NCBI RefSeq assembly: GCF_018350175.1
Contig: NC_058383.1
Location: forward strand, 23,438,001 to 23,502,000
Reading direction: 5' to 3'
Length of the DNA stretch: 64,000 nt
DNA from: Felis catus
Taxonomy: Eukaryota
Shown here: piece by piece, positions 37,309 to 50,043 of the stretch
Layout: the number at the start of each line of letters is the position of its first letter
Numbering within the stretch: the first letter of the stretch is position 1
Notes under the pieces: generated by a model
Told to the model about the DNA's origin: nothing
Databases searched by the model: none
What the model saw: the letters and a program-made list of their open reading frames with translations, nothing else
Made by a program: the position numbers and the translations under genes

Positions 37309-38008
37309 GTTCCTCAGTGCTCCTAAGTGTGTTCAGATTTTAACACACCAAGAAGCGAATAAGGATCTGTCATTCTCAACTCCAGTCTGCAGAAGCACTT
37401 TCTTTCAGTCTTATACACCTTGGAGAGGCTGAGAGAGCTCACAGCTTTTCTGCAACATCCGTAATGGTAACTGAAGGACCTTGAGTGGAAATGCCTGCCC
37501 TATTCAGTTGGCTAGCAAGGCCCTCCGGGTAGGGCCTGTGGTGGAAGAAAGTGCTGCCACATGGTCCACAGGCGGGCTTTTCATCCCCTCCTAGAGGGGA
37601 AAATTCCATTCAATATTCAATCAAGAGGTTGGGGATTTGTTTTCTGGAGAGGCAACACACTTGTGTTTAAACAAGATGAACATAATATTACGCTTGCATT
37701 TTGTGACAAAAACTCCTCAAAAGACCAGCGTTTACGGCACTAGACAAGACTCCTTTCAAGATTTTGGCCCAGTCTTTGATGACAACGTAGACAGTAATGA
37801 GGCACGTGACATCTCCACCAAAGGAAGGAAGCCATGTGTTGTCAAGCATGCCAGATGTTCCCTTCCATGCCCAGATTTTTTTCCAGTTAAAGTGCCTGGA
37901 AAAAAAAACAAAAAAAAAAAAAACAAAAAAAAACAAAAAACAAAAAAAAAAACTTTTCAGCCATTAACGTCTCCAAAGGGACCCACCAAAAGGAAACGTT
38001 TCTTCTGA

Positions 38009-38027
38009 TGACACCAGAGGGCGAGTA
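38009..38027 (+). promoter_or_regulatory. Candidate CTCF site
   Basis: tgacACCAGAGGGCGag resembles the CTCF core; lies in non-repetitive sequence; motif only. Confidence 0.4.
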
Positions 38028-39221
38028 GTGGCTCCATACTGAAAAGGGTAGGCATTTTTGTGCCATTGCAGGCTGAGGGAAAGGAACAGCTGCGATTTCT
38101 GCTTTCAACTATCAAGAAGAAATGTGTGTCTCTTAGGTAGGTGAGGTTATCTGATGGAGACACATCTCTGCTCCAAGTCTTAAACTGGCTTGACCATTGC
38201 TGGGGCACAGGTATCCCCTGCAAGACGTCCCCTATTACACAGATATTCTGTTATTTGGCAATGTGAGAGGCAGAGATGTAGAATGGTCCCACATCTGGCT
38301 TTAGGGCAGGAGCAAAGGCAAGTTCAGGGGGAGTTTCATCCTTTTCAAATCTAATCTTCTTCTCAGGAAATATACCTACACTGCAAGATACTGTACGAGG
38401 ATGCTGAAAAGAACATGCTCTTTCAGCTTTGTTCCATGCACCTGCTGACGAGTCATTCTTATTCCAAAAAACCATTATGGCTTTAGTGACCCATTATGTT
38501 CAGTAATGAAACTAAAAACAGGGGATACAGAAGTTTCTTCCTGCTTTCATTTCATGATACTTCCCCTATGAGCTAAGCTTATGCTCTCCTTAAGCATTAT
38601 GGCAAGGTAAACCTTCTTTAATTTCTATCAGAGAAATTCATCTAGGTATTGACATGTGACAACCACAACCTTAGTATATTACTTTGCTGCGCAACCATCC
38701 CATTCCACAGCACAATTATTTGGGATGAACTAACACCTTCATTATATCATTTGAACACAGATGAGGACTTCTATTCCAAATAACAGAAAGAAAACTGGAA
38801 GAAAAGCACCGTGCGTGTGTCCATGCACACATGTGTATGCCTACGTGCGTGTGTGTGTATGTGTGTGTCTGACTCACAGAACACTTGCTGCTTGTCCACA
38901 GGCCCCATATCTGGCCCTCCCCTCTCCTCTACCCCAGGTTAAGAAACTGCAATTAATATTGACTGGCCTACCGCTACTTGTACAGATAATCGAATGCGAT
39001 CGTAGTGTGCCGTTCTGGGAAACCAGACCAAAGGACAGAAATTACAGTCAACATATATCTCAAGCCCAAAGGGGCCCATATGTCCCACCCTTCCTGAATT
39101 TTTATACTCTAACATTGTCCAACTCCTTATTTACAGATAGGGTCCTCCAGTGTTGACTGATACTCCCTTTGTAAACTTTGAGATGCCCAGATTGTTCGAG
39201 GTAGGACTATTTACTTTCCTC

Positions 39222-39396
39222 CAGGGAGGCAATGTAGCCTAGTGGTCAAGCGAACAGGTTTGGAAGTCAGATGGGCGTGGGTTTGGCTTCCAGATCCACT
39301 ATTTATTTTACTTCTTTAAGAGCTATGTGGCCTATTTAACCTTTCTAAAGCTGTGACCTCATCTGTAAAATTGGAAATGAAAGGAAATAACACATC
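39222..39396 (+). mobile_element. MIR 5' part (3' end resumes at 43072-43110, after the ERVL provirus)
   Basis: ggaggcaatgtagcctagtggtcaag...cctcatctgtaaaattgg | gttcctggcatattgtgtgcctaataaatgg. Confidence 0.7.
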
Positions 39397-39714
39397 TGTA
39401 GTAAAGAGTCTGACTCCATTTTTTCTTTTGACTGCTGATAAACTTCAAACTCTGCCCTTTCCCCTTCTGCTTCGGACCCACATCTCAGCAAGCTGATAAG
39501 AGAGCCTGGGTGTTCCTTCCTTTGGTGACAGGGAGACGTGCACACCACATAAGCCCTGGCATGTGGGCAGGAGTCCTCACCCCAGCCATATCACCATAAA
39601 AGCCAAGACAGTCTCCATTCTTTGCTCTTTCAAGACATCTTATACCTGCTTGGGAAGCTTGCCCTGCTTTTCCCCAAGCAAGCCTTGTGATTTGAGGAAT
39701 ACACCTTGGCATAC

Positions 39715-39716
<2 letters not shown>

Positions 39717-39763
<47 letters not shown>
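39717..39763. repeat. (GT)n microsatellite in the 5' LTR only
   Basis: Direct read; absent from the 3' LTR. Confidence 0.98.
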
Positions 39764-39764
<1 letters not shown>

Positions 39765-39824
39765 ATATGAACCTTACTGTGACTGATGGAGTCCATCCCA
39801 CTGCTTCAGGGTGACCACAAGAAG

Positions 39825-39842
39825 TGGCACTATTAGCAGGAT
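39825..39842 (+). other. Primer binding site, tRNA-Ser-like
   Basis: TGGCACTATTAGCAGGAT versus the recalled tRNA-Ser(CGA) complement TGGCGCTGTGAGCAGGAT (15/18). Confidence 0.65.
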
Positions 39843-40476
39843 GTCTAGGCAATGCCCACCAACGGGGGTGTTTCTTCTCTTGCTTTGGTTTGCAAACTGG
39901 CTCTTCTACCCACCTTGGAGAGCATGCATTTTAAGGTGCTGCCTGCTGGCTAGCTTGCATTCTGAGCTGAGCTGCTGTGCTGCATTTGCTGAGTTCTTTC
40001 AAGGCTCTGTCATATTTAACCAACCTAAGTCAGAACTTTTAGTAACAATTGGCATTTAGGGACAGGAGTATGGGATTGGGGCCCTCCTCAAAGTAGCCCT
40101 GGGTCGTGTGTCTTGGCCTGGACCCACAGGCGTGTCTCAGATTGAACTGTATCTCCATTCTAGCATAAGCCATTCTGCCACTAGGTTTAGGGGAATGACT
40201 CCTACACTGTGACCATTGTGTGTGTGTTGTAACCAGGCTTTAGCCCCCTGGAGGGCTCAGGGGAAAGACTGATACCCTACACAATATGCCTGCCCTTTGG
40301 GTGGTCACTTATGTGGAAGAACATGCTGAGGTCATACGCCTAAAAATGCTTGGGCCCACAAAATGCTTTTGCTGCTGCCTTTGCCTCTGTCACAATAAGT
40401 TTTGACTTCACAGTTATAGGGAAAAACACTCATGGCACCACCTGTGGCACAGCCAAAGGGTTAATTTAAATACTAC

Positions 40477-40685
40477 AGGGGTGCCTGGGTGGCTTGGTCG
40501 GTTAAGCGTCCGACTTCGGCTCAGGTCATGATCTCACAGTCCGTGAGTTTGAGCCCCGCATCAGGCTCTGTGCTGAAAGCTCAGAGCCTGGAGCCCGTTT
40601 CAGATTGTGTCTCCCTCTCTCTCTGCCCCTCCCCTGTTCATGCTCTGTCTCTCTCTGTCTCAAAAATAAATAAACGTTTAAAAAA

Positions 40686-40720
<35 letters not shown>
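40477..40720 (+). mobile_element. CanSINE in ERVL (a second, short SINE at ~41270-41390)
   Basis: TSDs AAATACTACA and AAACATGGTATTCCC respectively. Confidence 0.92.
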
Positions 40721-40882
40721 ATACTACATAAGCCATGGGTACTACAACTCAATAAAACAATCATCTCCATGGGGGAGGCCCCTAATCCTGACAATACCAA
40801 TTTGAGGGTCTTTGGAGGAAGAAATGTCTAAATATGAGCATGGTAGAGATGACCCACTCCCAGCAATATAGTAACAACCACC

Positions 40883-40986
40883 AGGTGATGATGATGATGA
40901 TGATGGTGGTGATGATGATGGTGATGATGACGATGATGGTGATGATGGTGATGATGGTGATGGTGATGGCGGTGATGGTGATGGCA
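40883..40986. repeat. (GAT/GGT)n trinucleotide tract inside ERVL gag
   Basis: Direct read. Confidence 0.97.
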
Positions 40987-41019
40987 TCATCTGGATAGAG
41001 AAAGAAACAAAACAACTGA

Positions 41020-42350
41020 AACAGAGATTTGGCCCAATTGGAAATCCATAACTTACTAAAAGAATTTATAGAATAAAAAGGAGTAGATTGGCTTTTACAA
41101 CCTTTACAGCATGGGTTCTGAATTAACCTTAGCATCTACTGAGACACACCGGTTAGAAGACCTTCACGGCCTTAATCAACACTGAGACTCAAATTATACT
41201 TATACCTGAAGATCCCACTCAAATTATAGCCAAACCTGACATCCCACTGAATTTAAACATGGTATTCCCAGGGTGGCTGGCTGGTTCAGTTGGTGGAGCA
41301 CACAACTCCTGGTCTCAGGGTTGTGAGTTCGAACCCCATGTTGGGTATGGAGATACTGAAAAATAAAATCTTTAAAAAAATAATAACAAACATGGTATTC
41401 CCTATAATATTATGGGAGTCACTGAACATAAAATACAAGAGCAAAAACGGTGCCTCTCCTTCACCGTCAGAAATATTGCCTTGCCTAAATTCCCCGTAGT
41501 CAAAGTGTCCATTGCCCTAAAATATATCCCATAGTGGGCATGGACACTCTGATTCAAAGTGTGATAAATTAAAATTAAATTACATCTTTGCCACTTACAA
41601 TCAGCTTAACAAAAATGAGTCCCATGGACCTCCCTGCCCCTGGTTAAAATATTTAATAAAACCCAATATAAATAAAAACAGGGTATTTAAGACTGAAACA
41701 CATTATCCAAGAACTATTTAAAGAAGGGAATGATTATCCCCATTACTGTTCCGTTTAAGAGCCCAAGTTGGCCTGTTCCTAACCTTGAAAGGAATGAATA
41801 GTACCTTCCTAAAGATACTGTGATCTTAATGTCATGGTCCCACCCACTGAGGCCCCCCTATCCAGTATTATTGAAATTACTGACTTCATCCAATCAGCAA
41901 CTGGTAAACACTTTGCAGTCATAGATTTGACTGAATCTCTTCTACTCAGTGTTTATTTTAATAGTCTGTCATTCACAATTTGTCTTCACCATCAAAGAGG
42001 CATAATACAGCTTTACCTGGCTACCCAGAGAGTACCTCAATGCCCCTGCCATTGCACAATCTTTGCAGGCAAAATCATAACCACAACCAATGTGATGGAA
42101 CATGCTAGGAAGCTACTGCTTTTCATCCCTGATCAGGACATCCTTAAAAAAGGATGGGACCCAAGGGTCAGCACAATTCACTGAACTTCAGAAAGTTATC
42201 TTAGCACTGAATACCCTGGCTAACAATCAGCAACATCTGCACACTTTTATAGACTCATGGACCATTGCCATGATCTGGTCATTGGTCTTGCCAATGGCAG
42301 AAACAATTCCTTATCCAAGGTTGCCCCCTTCGGGGTAAAGAACTCCATGA
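41020..42350 (+). pseudogene. pol: ERVL gag-pro-pol remnants
   Basis: RDLAQLEIHNLLKEF...DWLLQ (gag); [18 protein letters not shown] (protease, cf. LLDTG..LIPGDP); IIPITVPFKSPSWPV and KHFAVIDL (RT); GSAQFTELQKVILAL...LHTFIDSW (RNase H). Confidence 0.85.
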
Positions 42351-44611
42351 ATCTCTTGCTTCACAGATCCTCAAAATACAAATCAAGGTCACACATGTCT
42401 CTGTATATACCTAAGTCACAGTAGAAGGCCTCATCAAGCCACTTTTTAAATCTCCTTTCAAGTTTTGACCAAAGCATTCATTTCAATTCTCAAAATACTC
42501 AATGCTGGGCTCTTTAATGATTCACTCAATGGAAATTTCATCTCCCTTACTGCTCTCAAGATATAGGCTCATAGAGAACTATTATTGCTTAATTAAACAA
42601 GCTCAAACTCAATTAAATGAAACACAGAACATTTCAGTCATTAGTCAGACATCAAGGGTGAATTGTAATAAAGAGTCTGCCTCCATTTCTGATGTTTGAC
42701 TGATGACATGTCATCCCTCCCTCTTCTACCTCTGCCCCAAATCTGAGCAAGCTGATAAGGAAGCCTAGATGCTCTCTCCTTTGGAGCCAGCAGGAAGTTC
42801 CAAGCCTACCCCTCACACAAGACCCCTCACTCCAGCCGCCCCCCTAACCACCATAAATGCTAAGCCAGTCTCCTCTTCCTGCTCTGTCAAGCCATTTTTG
42901 GACCTGCTCGAGTCTGCCCTGCTCTCCCTAGAAAGTCTCATTTTGTAAGAAATAAACCTCTTCCTACCCTCTTCGTACACATGTGGCATCATCAATCTTA
43001 ACATCTGAACTAAGTTGGGCAGCAGGGGGGAGGGGGGCAGTCCACGTTATCTTTGCTAGGTGACCGCAATAGTTCCTGGCATATTGTGTGCCTAATAAAT
43101 GGAAGTTAGTGGTGTTTTTATTTCTCTGTGTAAATTGGCGGATATATGTAAACCTGACCGTTTTCGTATTTATGCTTGGATACAAGAGAGACAATGTATT
43201 AGTCTAAGTGACATCTTTGATGCCAAAGATGTCAGGAAACTTCTTTGCCAATGGCACATCTTTTATGTCACAGGATGCTAAGAACTCCCAATAAAGAGCA
43301 CTGAATGAAAGCTTAGAGATTAAACATCTCCTGATCGAGGGAGAAGGTGGCACACACTGGGCATTCAATAAACATTTTTTGAATGAATGAAACATTTTTG
43401 GAATGAATGGACCCAGGATGTGGGATTTGAGAACTAACTGGACATAAGGGAGAGAAAAGGAATAAGTCAAAAATAATTCAGAACAAGAAAGCCACCCTGA
43501 TGTGCTTCATCCAGGGGCACTTGGCAAACTTTGGTGATTAAGAAAGTAATGTTTTTAGAAAAAGTTTTGGCAGTGAGACACTCAGGAAAACCTATCAAAA
43601 AATAGCAAGCCTGGTCCTTTTTAAGACACTGTGTAGAAAGAATTCCAAAAAAGATTAAAATCAGTGCAGAAACCAAGGAACCATTTTTTTTATATCATAT
43701 TGATCATTCCAAGTGGAACTGTTAGCTATCTTAGAAAAATTGTGGTTCTGAATTGCTTTTGCCTCTAACTCTGGACCTCTGTTCCTAAAGGATTGTTTCC
43801 TAAAGGAAAACATTCAACCAGAAAATTTTAGCACATCAGAATCTCTCTACAGATTAAGAAGTCTGTGTGGGACTGACTGTCTAAATTGAAAAGTTTTTGC
43901 TGTCACACTCAGGTATAAATGAAATAGTTCTTCATATCCCCTTCCTTTCTGTCTGTAGTTCACCTCTGTCAACTTCTCTCTCAGAAGTGAAATAAAATTA
44001 AAGCCCATGACACTGAGTGTCAGTCATGGAGGGACATGTCCCCAAGTCTGCCTCTGCTAAAGTGTTTCCAGAGACACCTGTCTCACACCAAGTCTCCATT
44101 GTGCTTCGTCTCGACTCATTTTCACATAATCCAGAAGTCGTATTTCAGATGCACAGATCCCACTGGGGTAACCTCATTAGGCCTGGCCACCTCTGTAACT
44201 GTTTGAGAAGTCCCTTGCTTGAATGATTAGTCCCCCTCTCCAGACTGTGTGGGTTGACTTTCTCCCCATCTGGGTTGGTTGGAACAAAAATAACTACCTC
44301 AAATCTTTGTCACTAAAGCAAGAGGAGGTGGCGTTAGATTTCTTGGAACCGGATGTCATTACAGGTTTTCCTTGTTAGCCACAGGTAAGACATTTGAGTG
44401 GTCCTCCTTCTGCTGACCTTTCTACACCGTCCTCCCATGTCTGGCTTCTGACCTTCAAGGTGCCACCAGCAAAGGGACTCAAAGTCCAGCAACTTAATGA
44501 GGATGGAATGCAGGGATCTGGGGCCCCACCTTTAGCGACTCCACTGGTTTCTTTTGTGTACCTCTGCTTCTACGTTAACTGAGGGAAGGCCTTTCAAAAT
44601 GGTGGTCAATG

Positions 44612-44738
44612 AGGGCACCTGGGTGGCTCAGTAGGTTAAGCATCTGAGTCTTGGTTTCAGCTCAGGTCATGATCTTGTGGCTTCGTGGGTTCAAGCCCTG
44701 CATTGGGCTCTGCACTGGCAGCATGGAGTCTGCTTGGG

Positions 44739-44790
<52 letters not shown>

Positions 44791-44835
44791 CCTCCCCCAC
44801 TTGCATTGTATCTGTCTCTCTCAAAATAAATAAAC
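44612..44835 (+). mobile_element. CanSINE
   Basis: TSD ctttcaaaa(a)tggtggtcaa. Confidence 0.93.
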
Positions 44836-45410
44836 TTCTTTCAAAAATGGTGGTCAACCTTCTTTGTTGCTGGTTGACCTGATTATGTAAACCTCATCCT
44901 CCAAATCCAACAGAAAGCTAACTATTGGCTGGACTTCTGGTGCCTGGAAAGGCCAGGTTTGGCTGCTACCTCCCAACCCTCAATCCTGGTAACATCACAT
45001 GTAGACTTGGGAATGTAAGGGAATGTGGGAAATCCGACTTCATGGATTTACTTATCATCTCTCCATCTTCATTCATTCTTCTTTGGAACCAAGGTAATTT
45101 TCCTGCTTAAAGAGCTATTTTATTAGAGTAATGGGCAGGACGGACATGGCTTCAGTGTTTTCAAACTTTCATGACCACCTTCACTATTTTGGCTGTGTAC
45201 CATTTGTTCTATGACTTGCCTAACATTGTTCTTTAAGTCAGCTCATTCTTAGCTTGTTTTTTTAATCTTAAGCAATAATATCTAAGAGCTAATGAGTTTG
45301 GTGTGTTATTTATACACTTTCCATAATATACATTATGCTACATACCCATTCAAATATTTTTCAAATGTTCAACTTGGTACCATTTAAAATAATCTTATAC
45401 ACCACACCAT

Positions 45411-45975
45411 ATGTAACAGTCAAGATTCAGGCAGGACCACAGAAACTGCACAAGTTTATCTTAGAATTTTTTAGATAGTATGGGAGAACTAAAAATGCAA
45501 AAAAGGAATGCTTGAGTTAACACAGAAATAGTAACTGCATGAAGCAGTTACTGAAGGAACGGAGGGAGGAGTACAGGGTTATAAGAACCCAGAAGCTTGG
45601 AAGAAGGAAGCCTTGGAGCTGGGACTCAGACCTCTGAGGCAGAGATGATTCCCAGACAATGCTGGTCCCTATGAATGGGGCTCCCAAGGCTGGTTCTGGG
45701 AGTGCGGGGGACGAAACTGGGAACTGGAATGACTGCTGGTGTAACCACATGCCCCTGGCAAGGTACTGCTGGAGGGATGATACCCAGAAGAGCAAGCAGA
45801 TAAGAGGAAAGCATCCCTTCTTCCTCCTTCTTCCTTCCAGTCTCCCTATTCGTGGAGCATCCAGCTGGCAAAGGAAAAATGTGGCTCACAGATCCCCAGC
45901 CCCAGCATCACAGAGTAGAGCCTAGAAGGATGCGTTAGTTGAGAGGCGATACCCTACCAACGAGCATACCACACT
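45411..45975 (-). mobile_element. Old solo LTR (LTR78/LTR79-like)
   Basis: tgtaacagtcaagattcagg...gtaactgca.gaagcag...gggactcagacctctgagg resembles the recalled consensus. Confidence 0.5.
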
Positions 45976-45985
45976 TGGCAAAATA

Positions 45986-46429
45986 CAGCAGTCTCCCCTT
46001 CTCTGTGCTTTCAGTTACCTGTGGTCCAGGAGCAGACGATCTTCCTTCTGATGTATCATCAGGTCAGTACAGCCTACCACCATGTGACGACACCTACTTC
46101 ATTCGCCTCACTTCATCTCATCACATAGGTATTTTGTTATCTTGCATGGCCAGAAAAAGAAGGGTGAGGACAGTACAATAAGATGTTTTAAGGGAGAGAG
46201 ACCACATTCACAGAACTTTTATTATAGTATATTGTTATAACTGTTCTATTTTATTATTAGATATTACTGCTAATCTCTTACTGTGCCTGATTTCTAAATT
46301 AAACTTTATTATTGGTATGCACATATAGGAAAAAAACATAGTACATACAGTGTCTGGTAATATCAGCGGGTTCAGGCATCCACTGGGGGTCTTGGAACAT
46401 GTACCCCACAGATAAGGGGGGGACTACTA
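45986..46429 (+). mobile_element. MER44/Tigger7-like MITE
   Basis: TIRs cagcagtctcccctt / aagggggggactacta flanked by TA; internal gagagagaccacattcac..aacttttatta. Confidence 0.85.
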
Positions 46430-46924
46430 TACTTCCAGAAAAGATGCACGGAAGAGAAATGCCTGATCGGGCACATACGCTTGTGTGTTATAAGAGAGAG
46501 AAGTTGGAACAGGCTTTCCAGACCCCCTCAAGGCCCAACAAACAAATTATAATTTAGACAAGTCTGGGATTCTTCACAGCTCAGCTTGTGGTGAGGGTAT
46601 TAGCTTCGCAACTCCAAACAAGCTAAGCTGTCTGTACGAAACACCCCCAACGGCACCTCACTGGGAAGCCTAGAGGTGCTGAAAACATAAAGCTTTCGAT
46701 TCTTGTTTCCAGCCACAGGGCGTTGAGCTGGCAGATGGGCTCTATCCAGCCCCGGGAAAGGACACCACAGACCTTGCACCCAAAGAGATCACAACCAAGA
46801 TGGTAAGGCATAAACTCTCGACAGTTCCCACCACGGTGCAGTACAACTCACCTTGGTCGTGTGCCCTGTTATTGCTAGCTGCTGCTTAAAAATCACCTGT
46901 GCCTTCCAATCACACAAATTCCTT

Positions 46925-47427
46925 ACTTGGTTGCAAAACATGCCCTCAGTCGTTCACCCCTCCCTATCCCCACTCTTTACAATGTGACTCTGTAGCTCCT
47001 CTTGTCATGAGTTGGTGTCTATTTCCTCACCCCATGGGCTGGCTGTGTGACCTTCTTTGGCCAATAGAATGTGGCAGAAATAACAGAGTGGCAGTTCTGA
47101 GTAAGTCCAGAGGTCTTGCGTGCTTCCACTTTCCCTTAGAACCTTGTCATCACATGCCCAAGCCTGCCCAAGCGAGCTTGATGGAGGATGAGGGACCAGA
47201 TGGAGGGTGGCTAAGGTTCCCCAGCCAGCAGGCAACCTGCCCCAGAAGCAGAGGCACCTACTGATCTGTAGGTGACTAGAGACACAAAAGAGAGCTCAGC
47301 CTAGATCACAAAACCACCCAGCTGAGTCCGGCCTAAATCGCCAACCTGCTGAATCATGAACCAACACATTCCTGTCATTTTAAGCCACTACATTTTGTTT
47401 GATATACAGCAACAGCTTACTGCAACA
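46925..47427 (+). mobile_element. MLT1-like MaLR LTR
   Basis: caatgtgact.tgtagctcctc...tgtgac.t.ctttggccaatagaatgtggcagaa...ttttaagccacta. Confidence 0.8.
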
Positions 47428-47539
47428 CACGGCCAATGACACTGTAGGAGAACTCTCCTGCTTCTCTCTCCAGCCACATGTTTCATTTCTCTCCCCCTCA
47501 TTCATTGTTCTAATCCCTCTACCTAGACCCCTCTTCCCC

Positions 47540-48475
47540 CTCCCTCACCTGCCAGCCAACTCTGACACATCTACTTTTTGGCCCCTGTTTAAATAGGACT
47601 TCCTCTAAGACCTCCCTCAATCTCTAATGTAAATTAAATCCCTATGTCATACTTTCCCATAGAATACTTTTTCCTTCACGGAATGTATCAGAATCTGTAG
47701 TTATGTATGTAGTTGTTAAGGGTCTTGGGTTAAACGTCTACTTCCTCCAGTCTCCTGGAAGCTCTGTGAGGACCTGTCCACATTCAGCACCTAGGCAGTG
47801 CCTGGCACATAGCAGGTGCCCTGTTAATGATCTGTTGAAAAGGAACCTATTTGAAGGCCTGAAGAAGAAAGGGACGCCTTTTCCTCACTGTTCTGCCCAT
47901 TCCTGGCACCAGCTCAGGACATTTGGAAGGGATGTGACTAATTCCATATGCAGTATTGCCTTTCATGGACATAGATTCCTCCCGGCTCTGGACCCACGTG
48001 GCAGAGAAAGCTAATTATCCTCCAATACCTATCCCTCCTTCTTCCTTTTATACGCCTCCATGTGGTTTTAACAGGGCACATTGTTGTCCTACTGGAATCT
48101 CACTTCTCAGCAACTAGATATGGTGATGTAACTAAATTCTCACCAAGGCAATGTGAGTCCATCTGCGTCCTCATCATTTCCATAACAGGAAACTGCTGGT
48201 CCTCAGCTCCCTTTCTTTCACCCTTCCTATGAGCTAGAACGAGCTGGTAAGTCAGCTTCAACCACACAAATCAAGGCAAAACTCCAGAGGATAGCAAAGC
48301 AATAAGACAGAAGGAACCCAAGACTCTGGATGAGTTCATGGAACCAAGCTGTCCTACCCAGGCTTGGGTTAACCCGGATGGGAACATGGGAAAGAAAGAA
48401 GCTTTTATCATGTGTCTGAGACATTGTAGCTTAGGGCTTCTTTGTTATAGCAGCCAGCCTATAGTCTAACCAACA
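47540..48475 (+). mobile_element. L2 3' end (47540-47845) and MLT1-like LTR (~48000-48475)
   Basis: cagcacctaggcagtgcctggcacatagcagg; tttgttatagcagc...cta.tctaac.aaca. Confidence 0.65.
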
Positions 48476-48677
48476 CACTTCACCGAGTCTCCTGCTCTTG
48501 GGGAATCAGGACAGGAAAACGGATGGAGAACATCAACTCCACCGGCTTTGGTCTGTGAGCAGAGTTCAGAATCTTACAATGTTCCTTCACATTCTCCCAC
48601 CTAGCTCCTGTCATCAGGCAGAATAAATTCCCAGGGGTCCTTCTCCCTCACAGCTTTTACATTAGCAACGAGGGCTT

Positions 48678-48900
48678 GAGGCGCCTGGGTGGCCCAGTCG
48701 ATTAAGCGTCTGACTTCGGCTCAGGTCATGATCTCACAGTTTGTGGGTTCGAGCCCCGTGTCGGGCTCTGTGCTGACAACCCAGAGCCTGGAGCCAGCTT
48801 GGGATTCTGTGTCTCTGTCTCTCTCTGCCCCTCCCCTGCTCACTCTGTCTCTGTCTCTCAAGAAATAAACATTAAAAAATTTTTTTTAATTTAAAAAAAG
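48678..48900 (+). mobile_element. CanSINE (a short - strand SINE also at ~49372-49491)
   Basis: SINE head, body and A tail. Confidence 0.92.
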
Positions 48901-49786
48901 AAATGAGAGCTTAACTTTCACTGTCCTGGGTCCTGCTAAGACTCATTCAAGAAAGCAGGGCGCATAACCATTGCTAGCATTTCACTTTATGATGCTGAGG
49001 CTGGAGGTTTAATGAATGGTAGGAACAAAAATATTCTAAACTCCAACTCATGACAAGTCACACAACAAAATTCTTTAACTCCTTATACATTTTAAATTAA
49101 AACGTACTTAATGTCTTAACCTAAACAGATCCAGTATTCTGAAAACCCCATATACAGATGGACACCTGCTCTCCTGAATTGTAAGAAAATCTCCCTGTAC
49201 CAACATGCAGAACTTCTCACACTCCTGTCAGAGTTCCCTTAACTACTAGGAAAGAGAATTTGTAGCCAAAGATGTCTGGATTTGGCATAAAGCAGCATTC
49301 CACAAGCAGGGGATTTCTTTAAAGTATTATATTTTACTTTCAAATTCCAATGCAGATTGTTTAGACTCCACTTATTTTTCTAAGTTTACTTATTTATTTT
49401 TTAGTAATCTCTACATCCAACATGGGGCTCGAACTCACAACCCAGAGATCAATAGTCACATGCTCTACCGACTGAGCCAGCCAGGTGCCCCAACGCTCCG
49501 CTTACTTTAATAGGAAACAATGTTTTCATCTGCTTGCTATCATTTTTAGGTAGGTGGAGATACGTTCGACCTCGCTCATAATAAAAAGAAAAGCAAATTA
49601 AAACTACGACGACATAACACTTTCGCCTATACAATTGCAAACATTTTTAAACGTGATCGCTCTGTTGACAAGAGTGTGAAAAACAATTCTCTCCTCCCTG
49701 CTTGATGGGACTCTCCTCCCTGTAAACCGGTACAGCCTCACAGGAGAAGAAGGTGATCAGATGATGTGTATCAAAAGATTAAACGC

Positions 49787-50003
49787 GGGGCGCCTGGGTG
49801 GCGCAGTCGGTTAAACGTCCGACTTCAGCCAGGTCACGATCTCGCGGTCCGTGAGTTCGAGCCCCGCGTCGGGCTCTGGGCTGATGGCTCGGAGCCTGGA
49901 GCCTGTTTCCGATTCTGTGTCTCCCTCTCTCTCTGCCCCTCCCCCGTTCATGCTCTGCCTCTCTCTGTCCCAAAAATAAATAAACGTTGAGAAAAAAAAA
50001 AAA

Positions 50004-50040
<37 letters not shown>
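49787..50040 (+). mobile_element. Young SINEC_Fc-type CanSINE with long A tail, inside an old L1 fragment
   Basis: CpG-rich body; perfect TSD AAAAGATTAAACGC. Confidence 0.96.

Positions 50041-50043
<3 letters not shown>

Larger units (their letters stand above)
39397..43071 (+). mobile_element. Class III (ERVL-type, LTR52-like) provirus, two LTRs (39397-39822, 42664-43071), heavily deleted
   Basis: Both LTRs start tgta.taaagagtctg.ctccattt, share gcaagctgataag...cctttgg and end ggtgacc.caa.a; PBS at 39825; PPT-like caagggtgaat before the 3' LTR; gag, protease, RT and RNase H remnants. Confidence 0.88.

Noticed and set aside
37637..38008. 123-aa Lys-rich ORF
   Set aside because: The Lys run comes from the A-rich tract at 37900-37952; no homology recognised.
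40742..41135. Poly-Ser/Pro and poly-Ile/Thr ORFs
   Set aside because: Antisense reads of the (GAT/GGT)n microsatellite.
49688..49722. 12-bp direct repeat ctctcctccctg
   Set aside because: Small slippage duplication in an old L1 fragment; no evidence of function.
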